From Bacteroidales bacterium (lineage in GTDB: Bacteria; Bacteroidota; Bacteroidia; Bacteroidales; WRLA01): a stretch of DNA of 64,000 bases. A program made the translations under genes and the position numbers. Each line of letters opens with the position of its first letter. Position 1 is the first letter of the stretch. Below are positions 37,527-46,977 of this stretch, one piece after another. The stretch lies in assembly GCA_031254805.1 (NCBI GenBank), contig JAIRTP010000049.1, positions 23,361-87,360 on the forward strand. Reading direction: 5' to 3'. The notes under the pieces were generated by a model. It made no database searches. It saw only the letters and a list, made by a program, of their open reading frames with translations, and was not told where the DNA came from.

Positions 37527-37550
37527 AATACTTCTTCGCAAATGAACTTA

Positions 37551-37558
37551 CAAAGGTA
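37551..37558 (-). promoter_or_regulatory. Bacteroidota -7 promoter box (TACCTTTG on the minus strand)
   Basis: The plus strand reads CAAAGGTA, 25 nt upstream of the ATG at 37526. Confidence 0.45.
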
Positions 37559-37778
37559 CGAATTTTTATGATTTCTAATTTTGGGTAAAAAAGGCGCACA
37601 CAGATAACGCAGATTGTTATATATGCTCACGAATTTTTTATTCCCCGCAGAAAACAAAGTTTCACAAACCCCTTTAACAATAATCGAAGAAATCGTGAGT
37701 AAATTGCTGAAATTTTTGTCAAAGGCGAAATATATACTGTTTTTCTGTAGTTTCTGCGAATTCTGCGGGAGATTCAAA

Positions 37779-40068
37779 TCAAAACTTAAAACTATAACTC
37801 ACCGAAGGAATGATCGGGAAAAGGTTCGTCTGCTTGGTTTTTCGGGTTTCTAGGCGTTCTCCTGTGTTCGGGTCGAGGTACGAATCGTGTGAGAAATAGT
37901 AATAATAAGGATTCTGGCAGTTATAAGCGTTGTAGATGCTTACATTCCATGTTCTGATACCGCGTCTTTTCTGTTTATGGAAGTTGACGCCGTCGTAGAT
38001 ATTTTGCGTCGTGTAATGATCGGGATTATCGGGGTTTATTATCTCGTATTGTCCGACCGGCAACGAAAAAGCCGAACCCGTTCCATAGACCCACGTCGCG
38101 GAAACATCGATGTTCTCCTTGATTTGATACATGAAAACCACGCTGATATCATGCCTGCGGTCATATTTGTAGTCATATTTTTTACCGTCATTGATATTGG
38201 CAAACTGTCTTGTCGTTCGCGAAAGCGCGTAGCCGACCCATCCCGTGATTTTACCCATCTTTTTCTGCGCCAAGAACTCTATCCCGTACGATTCTCCCGA
38301 GCCGCCTTTTTCCACTCTTTGCTGCCAATCGGCGCTGATTTCATAAGCGTTGACGCCCGATTTATAAGCAATGAGATTATTCATTTTCTTATAAACCCCT
38401 TCAATACTTAGCTCGTATTGATTCTTAAAAAGCGACTGTGCAAAGTCCATCGCATATTGTGTCGATTTCGACGGAATGATTTCGTCAGTCGCCGGTAGCC
38501 ATAAATCAACCGGCATATCCATTCCGGAGTTGGTTAGCATATGGACATTTTGCTGCATCTGCGCAAAAGAGGCTTTCAACGAGAGGTTTTTAGTCAGGTG
38601 AAAATTGGTTAAAATCCTCGGTTCTAAAGAGAAAAAACTCTTTCCATTTACTGCGTACGAACTGCCACGCAACCCGATATTTGAAGAGAAAACGCTTCCA
38701 AATTTCAATTCGTTTTCCACAAAAAGCGCCGATTCCCATGTATTGGTAGAATAATTTCCATATTTTTGGTCGACAATCTTGTAAGAACTGTCGCTCGGCG
38801 TAAAAGTGTGATACACGACATCGCCGCCAAACGAAAGCTTGTAAGCGGGCGCGGCAAAGTATTCAAACTCCATCTTGGCGCTCCAATCGTTGATGCCGGA
38901 GTTAAACTTCTCATGATAAGAGAAGTAAATATCTTTTTGTTCGATGTCCGTCAAAAACCGATATTGCGTATAAGCGACCGTTGCGTTGCTGAATAATTTG
39001 TTGTTATAAAGATGATTCCAACGCAACGAAGTCGTCAAATTGCCCCATCGCACTTTGTTGTCCTGCGATGATTCTATATAACGTTCTTTTCCCTTCATCC
39101 TCAACCGGTCGTCGCCGGAGTAAAAACTAAGATACAACCGATCTTTTTCAGAAAAACGATGGTTTATTTTGGCATTCAAATCGTAGAAATGATAACCAAA
39201 GCCCACTCCGTCCATAAATAATCTCGAAACAGGGTACATCAGAAGGTCGTACAACATCCTTCGGTATAAAACAATAAAGGAAGTTTTCCCTTTAATAATC
39301 GGTCCCTCGACGGAAGGTTTCGCCGACAACAATCCGACGGAAAAAGCGCCGTGATATTCGTTCATATCGCCCTCTTTCATCCTCACGTCCATAATGGAAG
39401 ACAAGCGGCCGCCATATCGCGCCGGAAAACCGCCTTTAATCAATTTTACGGCGCTAATAGCGTCGGTATTGAAGATTGAGGCGAATCCGCCCAAATGATT
39501 CACATAATAGAGCGGAACGTCGTCCAAAAGAATCAGATTTTGGTCGGGACTGCCGCCGCGCACATACAACGCGCTGTTTCCTTCGCCGCCCGACTACACG
39601 CCCGGCATCAATTGCAACGCTTTCAAAACGTCGCTTTCGCCGCCAAATGAGGGCAACATCTGCACCTGTTTCATCGGAATAGATAAAACGCCGATTTCAT
39701 CGCGCCGATTAATCGGCGCTTCATACGCCTCCGCGATTATCTCGACTTCGGTTAAAACATTATCCGGTTTCAATTGAATATTTCACAGTCTCGTTTTTGT
39801 CGATGCGTTTTAAAATCTGTTGCGGATAATATCCCACATAGGAGAAAACTAATGCCACGGAATCGCCCGCCGCAAAACTAAAACTGTAAAATCCGTAGAC
39901 GTTTCCCACTACGCCTTTTTTCGAAATAACGTCGTAAACCGTCACATTGGGCAATCGCTCTCCCATCTTTTCATCTTCCACGTATCCACTGATAATTAAA
40001 CGATTTTGTGAGAAAAGCGCCGCAATAGGGGAGAGGCAAATAAAAAATAATATGCTGATTTTTACCAT
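37779..40068 (-). pseudogene. TonB-dependent receptor (CarboxypepD_reg-plug-barrel type) disrupted by a +1 frameshift and an in-frame TAG
   Basis: Three collinear pieces are present. Piece 1 is the signal peptide plus CarboxypepD_reg domain (40068..39760). Piece 2, in another frame, reads NIQLKPDNVLTEVEIIAEAYEAPINRRDEIGVLSIPMKQVQMLPSFGGESDVLKALQLMPGV and ends at TAG (39596..39594). Piece 3 continues in the same frame with SGGEGNSALYVRGGSPDQNLILLDDVP and runs through the barrel to a C-terminal F. The frame switch maps to the A3 run (plus-strand ttt at 39781..39783). Confidence 0.8.
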
Positions 40069-40872
40069 TCTATAAATATCTGCGTACTGTCGACTACCTC
40101 CGCGTAACCCGCGAAAATTCCATAGCCGTTTTTAATGTTGTTATAAAGAATATAAGGGTCGGCGCCGACCGTCCAAAAATCTCCGCTCGAATAAAAATAC
40201 TCTTTCAACGAACGTTGAAAGTTGTAATAATGTTTCGAAATCTTTCGAAAATGTATATATATTTTCTCGCTCTCTCCTTCCTCTTCCAAATCAGAATTAT
40301 AGGAGGCGTAAAAATAGATCTCTATCGACTTCGTTTCCCCGCCCACCGACGCTCCCGAAAAAACGATGGAATTATAAGTCTCGTCGCTTTGTCTCTCGTT
40401 CTCTACAATCGGATCGTAAGTGTAAATGTCGATATTTCTCAATTCATATCCCACAATTTCCCAATAATTATCCTCGGAGAACTCATAAACCGGACAATAT
40501 TGTCTCATAGAAATCGTCTCCCGTCGCATCGCCCTGAAACGTCAATATCTGCCGATACAACATATGGTCCGACGGTACGCTTTTCGGCTCTGAAACAGAC
40601 AACAATTTCGGCATTTTCGGAAGCAGAAACCTCAGGAAATTTCTCCGAAACGACTTTTATCTCGTATTGATTGCCCGACTGCGCCGTAATGTTGGAATAA
40701 TAAAATCCATCGCCTTCATTTCTCAGCGTATCAACAACTTGCCCGTTTATATAAAGACAAACCATCGCGTCGTTTATTTCGGGAAAATATGCCTCTTCGG
40801 AAGAGACTGATTGACTCAATTTAACTTGAAAAACATCGCCGTCGTCAACACAATAATTGCCTTTTTTTTCAT
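40062..40872 (-). pseudogene. DUF4249-family lipoprotein (usual partner of the receptor above), frameshifted
   Basis: The body is split into two overlapping ORFs in different frames, 40505..40819 and 40062..40529. A signal-peptide-like mini-ORF MKKKAIIVLTTAMFFKLN* (40872..40816) is out of frame with the body. The C-terminal NGYGIFAGY segment is typical of DUF4249 as I recall it. Confidence 0.55.
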
Positions 40873-41120
40873 ATTATACAGAAATATATTACAGGAATCA
40901 TTAACATACCCGAACGGCTTTTTATTGCCGCTCTTCTCAATAAATCCCCTATTCAACTTACAAGTGCTATTTTTTTATCCAAGGTTAGGTAAAAAACATG
41001 CTTGGAGCAATCAAAGTACAAGGTTATTCACATTCGCCTCCTTCGGAGACGCTTCATGATGCAACCTTTTGTGCATTCTTTGAACGCCTTCGCAGTTAAA
41101 AAAGTGAAGTCTCGCAGTCC

Positions 41121-41834
41121 TTATTTCTCCAACATTTCCCACGTCTTTCCGGCAGCCAATTTTTCGGCGCCTTTTATTGTGAAATCAATAGCGGAAGCAT
41201 AAGGTTCTTCGTCGATAAATATTTCAACTTTATATTGTTTAATGTTGCTCTTATAAGGAATATCCGAAACTTTAAATTCCAATTTTTTCTTTTCTTGTTG
41301 CGACCATTCTAATAAACGACTCTTATAATTATGTTGCGCTGAGATAAGATCGTCGACGTCGTAATGAACTTTTATAATTCGATTTATAACAACTTTTTTA
41401 CAAAGATCATATCCTCTATCAATATATAAAGCTCCTATAAAAGCTTCTAACACATCGCCATAAAGATTCTTAGGCATAGAAGCCTGATCGTTTGAAAATT
41501 GAATAAAACGTTCCAAGCCGAGCTTTACGATTAATTTATTAAGCTGTTCCCTGTTGACGATTTTGGAACGCATTTCCGTCAAGAAACCTTCGTCTTTCAA
41601 AGGAAATTTTTTGAAAAGATAATCGGCCACAATAGCTCCGAGGATAGCGTCGCCAAGATATTCTAATCGTTCGTTGGATACTTTTATTCCAAAATTTACT
41701 TCAATCGGAGCCGAACGATGACGAAACGCCAGTTTATATAAAAAAATATTTTCAGGTATAAACCCAAAAATATTCCTTATAGCTAAATTTAATTCTCTGT
41801 CTTCAGAAATTCCGGAAAAAATCTTTTTCCTCAA
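41121..41834 (-). CDS. rnc: Ribonuclease III
   Basis: 237 aa. It has the NERLEYLGDAILG signature and a C-terminal dsRBD. Confidence 0.9.
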   Translation of the reverse strand: MRKKIFSGISEDRELNLAIRNIFGFIPENIFLYKLAFRHRSAPIEVNFGIKVSNERLEYLGDAILGAIVADYLFKKFPLKDEGFLTEMRSKIVNREQLNKLIVKLGLERFIQFSNDQASMPKNLYGDVLEAFIGALYIDRGYDLCKKVVINRIIKVHYDVDDLISAQHNYKSRLLEWSQQEKKKLEFKVSDIPYKSNIKQYKVEIFIDEEPYASAIDFTIKGAEKLAAGKTWEMLEK

Positions 41835-41846
41835 AACCGCGAATTT

Positions 41847-43094
41847 TTATTGATACTTTTTGAAAGCAACGGATACGTTATGTCCTCCAAAGCCAAAAGT
41901 ATTGCTTAAAGCGACGTTAACGACTGCTTTACGCGCTTCATTAAAAACAAAATTCAACGGAGCAATTTCCGGATCATCCGTAAAATGATTGATCGTTGGC
42001 GGTATGATACCTTTGTTAATAGCAAGAATTGTCGCTATTGCTTCAATGGCTCCTGCCGCTCCAAGAAGATGTCCCGTCATTGATTTTGTAGAATTCACGT
42101 AGATATTTTTTGCATAATCTCCAAAAAGATCTTGGATAGCCTTTGCTTCGGAAGGATCGCCCACGGGAGTCGATGTTCCATGCGTATTAATATGATCGAC
42201 ATCTTCCAAACTCAATCCTGCATCGTTAATAGCTTCTTGCATTGCTTTTTTTGCTCCCAAACCTTCCGGATGCGTCGCCGTCATGTGATAAGCGTCGGCC
42301 GACAAACCAGCTCCCACTATCTCGCAATATATTTTAGCTCCTCTTTTTAACGCATGGTCTAAATCTTCTACGATCAATGCGCCCGCTCCTTCGCCGATAA
42401 CAAATCCATCGCGATCTTTATCAAAAGGACGCGACGCCGTTTTATAATCGTCGTTACGAGCAGATAACGCATGCATGGCATTAAATCCTCCAACGCCCAT
42501 AATCGTCACGGCCGCTTCCGATCCGCCGCAAATAAAAATATCCGCTTTTCCCAAACGAATATAATTAATCGCATCGGCAATAGCGTTGGCCGACGATGCG
42601 CACGCCGAAACAGTAGCAAAATTAGGACCTCTAAATCCATATCGAATAGATATGTGTCCCGCGCAAATGTCGGATATCATTTTTGGAATAAAAAAAGGAT
42701 TGAATCTCGGCGTTCCATCTCCTTGTACAAAAGAAGTTAGCTCTTCTTGATAAGTTTGAATGCCGCCTATTCCCGACGCCCAAATAACCCCCGCTCTATC
42801 AAGATCTAAATTTACGTTTTCAAGATTTGCGTCCAAATATGCCTCATGGGCGGAAACCATTCCAAATTGAGAATATGGATCATGTTTTCTCGCCTCTTTT
42901 CTATCCATAAATTGATTGACGTCAAAATTTTTTACCTCGCAAGCAAAACGCGTTTTAAATTTTGAAGCATCAAATTTTGTAATCAAGTCGGCGCCGCTAA
43001 CTCCATCAATAAGACCTTGCCAATATTCCGCAAGATTATTACCAATTGGAGTTAGCGCCCCTAAACCTGTTACTACAACTCTTCTTAACTTCAT
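41847..43094 (-). CDS. fabF: Beta-ketoacyl-ACP synthase II
   Basis: 415 aa. The active-site Cys segment reads ATVSACASS. HGTSTP and GHLLGAAG are also present. Confidence 0.95.
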   Translation of the reverse strand: MKLRRVVVTGLGALTPIGNNLAEYWQGLIDGVSGADLITKFDASKFKTRFACEVKNFDVNQFMDRKEARKHDPYSQFGMVSAHEAYLDANLENVNLDLDRAGVIWASGIGGIQTYQEELTSFVQGDGTPRFNPFFIPKMISDICAGHISIRYGFRGPNFATVSACASSANAIADAINYIRLGKADIFICGGSEAAVTIMGVGGFNAMHALSARNDDYKTASRPFDKDRDGFVIGEGAGALIVEDLDHALKRGAKIYCEIVGAGLSADAYHMTATHPEGLGAKKAMQEAINDAGLSLEDVDHINTHGTSTPVGDPSEAKAIQDLFGDYAKNIYVNSTKSMTGHLLGAAGAIEAIATILAINKGIIPPTINHFTDDPEIAPLNFVFNEARKAVVNVALSNTFGFGGHNVSVAFKKYQ

Positions 43095-43107
43095 AAAATG
43101 AAATTAA

Positions 43108-43344
43108 TTATTTTGAATTGTTTTCAATGTAGGTAATTGCGTCTCCTACTGTGGAAATTTTTTCAGCTTGATCATCCGGAATAGAAATGCTAAATTCCTT
43201 TTCAAATTCCATAATCAGTTCAACGGTGTCTAACGAATCTGCTCCAAGATCGTTTGTGAAGCTTGCTTCATTAACTACTTCGTTTTCATCAACACCAAGC
43301 TTATCAACTATGATAGCTTTTACTTTTGCAGTAATGTCTGACAT
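43108..43344 (-). CDS. acpP: Acyl carrier protein
   Basis: 78 aa with the [17 protein letters not shown] phosphopantetheine-attachment site. Confidence 0.95.
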   Translation of the reverse strand: MSDITAKVKAIIVDKLGVDENEVVNEASFTNDLGADSLDTVELIMEFEKEFSISIPDDQAEKISTVGDAITYIENNSK

Positions 43345-43373
43345 AATTTTCTACTTTTTAAAATTTCAGGGCG

Positions 43374-43381
43374 CAAAGTTA
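43374..43381 (-). promoter_or_regulatory. Bacteroidota -7 promoter box (TAACTTTG on the minus strand)
   Basis: The plus strand reads CAAAGTTA, 30 nt upstream of the acpP ATG. Confidence 0.5.
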
Positions 43382-43505
43382 AAGCATTTTATCATACCCT
43401 AATAAACTTTTTACCAAAAAAGAATTATTTTAGATATAATAAATTAAATATCAACAGTTTATATGTAAGCTAAAAAAAAATTAAATCGTTGACAAAAATA
43501 TTTTT

Positions 43506-43528
43506 TTAATCTTTTTTGGAAAGATTAA
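43506..43528 (-). terminator. Possible weak terminator hairpin after nadA
   Basis: ttaatcttt / aaagattaa forms a 9-bp AT-rich stem with a 5-nt loop, 33 nt downstream of the nadA stop. The flanks are A/T runs. Confidence 0.3.
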
Positions 43529-43560
43529 AAGAAATCTTTCTCATGTTATTTTTATATAAA

Positions 43561-44505
43561 TTAAATGATTCTCAATTCCTTAGATATGTCCAACATCAGT
43601 TCTAACGGCTTTCTTGCTCTCTTTATTGTCTCTCTGTCAAGAAATATTTGAGGTTTTTCATCCCTCAAACAGTTACGAATTTTTTCTAACGTATTTAATT
43701 TCATATATTTACAATCATTACAAGCACAAGTTTCATCTACTGGAACAACATAAAATTCTTTTTTCGGATTATTTTTTTGCATCTGATATAAAATTCCCGT
43801 TTCGGAGGCGACAATAAATTGCTTGTTTTCATTCTGTTTCACATACTTTAACATTGCATTGGTAGAACCGATAAAATCAGCTAAAGCCAGTACGGGACCG
43901 TCGCACTCTGGATGAGCTACAACTTTAGCGTCGGGATATTGCATTTTCAAATTAATGACATACTCTGTTTTCAATTGATCATGCACATGACAAGTTCCAT
44001 TCCACAAAACCATTTCTCTTCCCGTTTTTTCCATTACATAAGCTCCTAAATTTTTATCAGGCGCAAAAATAATTTTCAAATCCTTGGGAAGAGCATTAAT
44101 CAACTGAACAGCGTTTCCAGAAGTGCAAATCAAATCCGAAAGCGTTTTCATTTCAGCTGTGCAATTGATATATGAAACTACAAAATGGTCCGGATAATTC
44201 TTTTTAAATTCTTTAAACCGATCGGCAGGACAAGAATCTGCTAAAGAACAACCGGCTTCTAAATCAGGTAGCAATATTTTTTTATCAAGATTCAATATTT
44301 TCGCCGTTTCAGCCATAAAATGAACGCCGCAAAAAACAATAATATCGTTATCAACATTCTGCGCTTTGTCTGCCAAGGCTAAACTGTCGCCAATAAAATC
44401 AGCAATATCCTGAATTTCATCTTCCTGATAATAATGAGCTAAAATCAATGCGTTCTTGCTTTTTTTAAGCTCCAAAATTTCATTTATCAACATTTTACTT
44501 TTCAC
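43561..44505 (-). CDS. nadA: Quinolinate synthase
   Basis: 314 aa. Matching segments are ILAHYYQEDEIQDIADFIGDSL and VHFMAET, plus Cys ligands including the ACNDCKYM region. Confidence 0.9.
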   Translation of the reverse strand: MKSKMLINEILELKKSKNALILAHYYQEDEIQDIADFIGDSLALADKAQNVDNDIIVFCGVHFMAETAKILNLDKKILLPDLEAGCSLADSCPADRFKEFKKNYPDHFVVSYINCTAEMKTLSDLICTSGNAVQLINALPKDLKIIFAPDKNLGAYVMEKTGREMVLWNGTCHVHDQLKTEYVINLKMQYPDAKVVAHPECDGPVLALADFIGSTNAMLKYVKQNENKQFIVASETGILYQMQKNNPKKEFYVVPVDETCACNDCKYMKLNTLEKIRNCLRDEKPQIFLDRETIKRARKPLELMLDISKELRII

Positions 44506-44997
44506 TTGATTTAAATGTATATTTTTTAAAAGATAATAAGAAGCAATGATTATGTTTGTTGAAACCGGTTAAAAACTTTGTAACAATATTGTGCCAAAAT
44601 TATTCGATTATTTTTATCAAAGATTTCTTACACTTTATACACTATGTAACTTTTTGAACAGTGCAAAATTAACATTAATCAACAATTGATAAATATATTC
44701 GATGTTAAAAAGAAAAAATTTTTTGAAATTTTCGAAATTTTGTTGACATCGTCTTAAAAAAGTCGATGATAAATTTTGATAAAAATGTAGTGACAAAATT
44801 GTGAACAAGTGATTTTTGAGAATGTTTATTATTTTGTAATATGATTATAATCAATAATATATGTAAAATATGAAATATTTGCGATTTGTTTAAAATATTT
44901 AGCTTCAATTCATTTTCGCGAAAATGAAAAGTAGTATTTTTGGAGGGTTATTAACAATGTTTGTAACAACAAATTTTATCGTAAAAAATATTGAAAA

Positions 44998-45438
44998 ATG
45001 GATAGAATCATTGCAGTAGGATCGGATCATGCCGCTTTTAAGATGAAGGAGACGGTAAAGAAATATCTCCAATCGTTCGGATATGAAGTGAAAGATTATG
45101 GAACTTTTTCGGAAGAGCCGGTTGATTATCCCGACATTATTCATCCGTTGGCAAAGGATGTAAACGACGGAAAAATAAAAAAAGCCGTTATTTTATGCGG
45201 ATCGGGAATAGGAGTGAGCATAACGGCCAACAAATATCCTTATGTTCGATGCGCTTTGTGTTGCTCTCCTGAATTGGCAAAATTATCCCGACAACATAAC
45301 GACGCCAATATTTTAGCGATGAGCGGACGTTTTATCTCTGAAAAAGAAGCTTTGCAGATGGTTGATAATTTCTTAAATACGGAATTTGAGAGAGGAAGAC
45401 ACCAGAAAAGGATCGAAAAAATACCGATAAAAAGTTAG
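44998..45438 (+). CDS. rpiB: Ribose-5-phosphate isomerase B
   Basis: 146 aa. Matching segments are IAVGSDHAAFKMKE and ILCGSGIGVSITANK. Confidence 0.9.
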   Translation: MDRIIAVGSDHAAFKMKETVKKYLQSFGYEVKDYGTFSEEPVDYPDIIHPLAKDVNDGKIKKAVILCGSGIGVSITANKYPYVRCALCCSPELAKLSRQHNDANILAMSGRFISEKEALQMVDNFLNTEFERGRHQKRIEKIPIKS

Positions 45439-45617
45439 CGGCTTAAATAAAATAAGAGGTCTCTTATATTTAGTCGTCCCTTAAAAAGTTGAATAGTATC
45501 TTGATATTAATACAAGGTAAGGATTAGAATATGCTTTGTCATTTAGTATCAAGGATTAAAAAATGAAAGTAAAGGAGAGGAAAAGACTTTTTTACCCATT
45601 CGCCATTTTTTTTGAAA

Positions 45618-46000
45618 TTAAAAATGGGATATAAAGTAATGAAATAATACATTTATCCTGTCTCCTTGTATTTCTTTATAGAATTTTTTTTCAAATCTAT
45701 GATTTGATTTCAAATATCCAATAATAGGTTCTATGGCGGCGTGCCTTCGGAGTGATTTCTTTCTTTTTTGCAGCGACTTATTTTATACCTATAAAATAAA
45801 GCCTGTTCTTTTGGCGTAGAGAATTGAAACGACGATGATCGAAGTGCGCGTTTTAATCGACGGTACGTTGTTGACGGCAAATATCTCAAAACGACTTCTC
45901 GGATGGATTGAAAAAGATCAATCATTACGAAGCGCTTGTTGGTATATTGAAGAGCGTAGCATCTGACGAGATCGAAAGAGTCGTTTTGTATTTCAAACAA
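45618..46000 (-). mobile_element. Degenerate IS5-superfamily-like DDE transposase remnant (C-terminal end only, frameshifted)
   Basis: My minus-strand translation of 45740..45618 gives AAIEPIIGYLKSNHRFEKKFYKEIQGDRINVLFHYFISHF*. This resembles the conserved R-x-AIEP-x-IGhLK...G..Gd.iN tail of IS5/IS1182-type transposases. The upstream 89-aa ORF (45731..46000) is in a different frame. I found no intact DDE domain. Confidence 0.5.
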
Positions 46001-46517
46001 CTGGTAAGCGCCGACTATTTTAACTGCCGTAGTTTAATAGACAAGAAAAATTCTTATTAGCATTTAAGAATTTAATTTGTCAATTTTTTGGATAAAATGT
46101 GACGATTTTTCCCCTTATTTTTTTATAGGAAAAAAGTATGATTTTTTATATTGTTGATTATAAGCAATATAAAATTTTTAATGATTAGTATTTGATTAGG
46201 TGTTTTTTTTGGTTTTCATGTGCAGGCCTATTATCTTTATATAAAATAATTTAAGAATTTTTGACGCTCTAAAAATAGAAAAGGAAACAAAAATTTAAGT
46301 TAAAATTATGAAGCTATTTAGCACATTTTTAGAAAAAAAGATGAATACTTAAATAATGAAGTCCTCAAGCTATGTTAATATAAAAAAGCGTACAAGGCTG
46401 CATACACACGGAATAATTTTTTTGAAAATTCTTATTATCTTCGAAAGCGGCCTTGTTTACGCTTCCCCTAACCGTTGAAAATTAGTTCAATAATCTATTA
46501 ATAGAAAAGCTAAAGTT

Positions 46518-46898
46518 ATGTTGAAAAAAATCAGTTTAATAATCGGTTTAATGTTTTTGTCGCTTGTTATATTCGGACAAGCACAAATGAATGTTTCCTT
46601 TGAGGATAACGCTCTTTTTGATTCGGAGAATTATTTTAATGGAAAGATCGTTATAGTATGGGAACTGAATAATAACTCCATTATAATCAACGAAATATCA
46701 ATTGAAAATGCAAAAGAATGCGATATTTTTAAAATTCATTTTCCCAGTACGGAAATGGAAGTCGATATGGTTGTCAACACCAATGTAACACTATCTTTTT
46801 TAGACTATTCGCTTACTGAAGATGAGACTTTTCCAGGGTTTGTGGAATTTCTGCAATGTAAACGAATAGATGAAAAAAAATGGATTATTTGGAAATAA
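46518..46898 (+). CDS. Small secreted hypothetical protein
   Basis: 126 aa with a signal peptide (MLKKISLIIGLMFLSLVIFGQA). No family was recognised. Confidence 0.5.
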   Translation: MLKKISLIIGLMFLSLVIFGQAQMNVSFEDNALFDSENYFNGKIVIVWELNNNSIIINEISIENAKECDIFKIHFPSTEMEVDMVVNTNVTLSFLDYSLTEDETFPGFVEFLQCKRIDEKKWIIWK

Positions 46899-46977
46899 AA
46901 TATTAAGATCAGCGCTATTTTATTATAAATAATTGTACCTTAGCCAAAATTTATAATTGTTAAACTTCGACTTTTTG

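Noticed and set aside
39594-39596. The in-frame TAG in the TonB receptor could be programmed readthrough or recoding.
   Set aside because: The same gene also carries a frameshift and its partner gene is broken. No recoding signal is evident, so pseudogenisation is the simpler explanation.
44506-44997. The AT-rich 490-bp nadA-rpiB spacer contains small ORFs (44705..44908 and 44905..45144) and a gaaatttt-type repetition.
   Set aside because: The ORF products are low-complexity I/L/N/K-rich with no motifs, and one overlaps the rpiB start. I found no convincing regulatory or RNA motif, so I treat it as a divergent promoter region.
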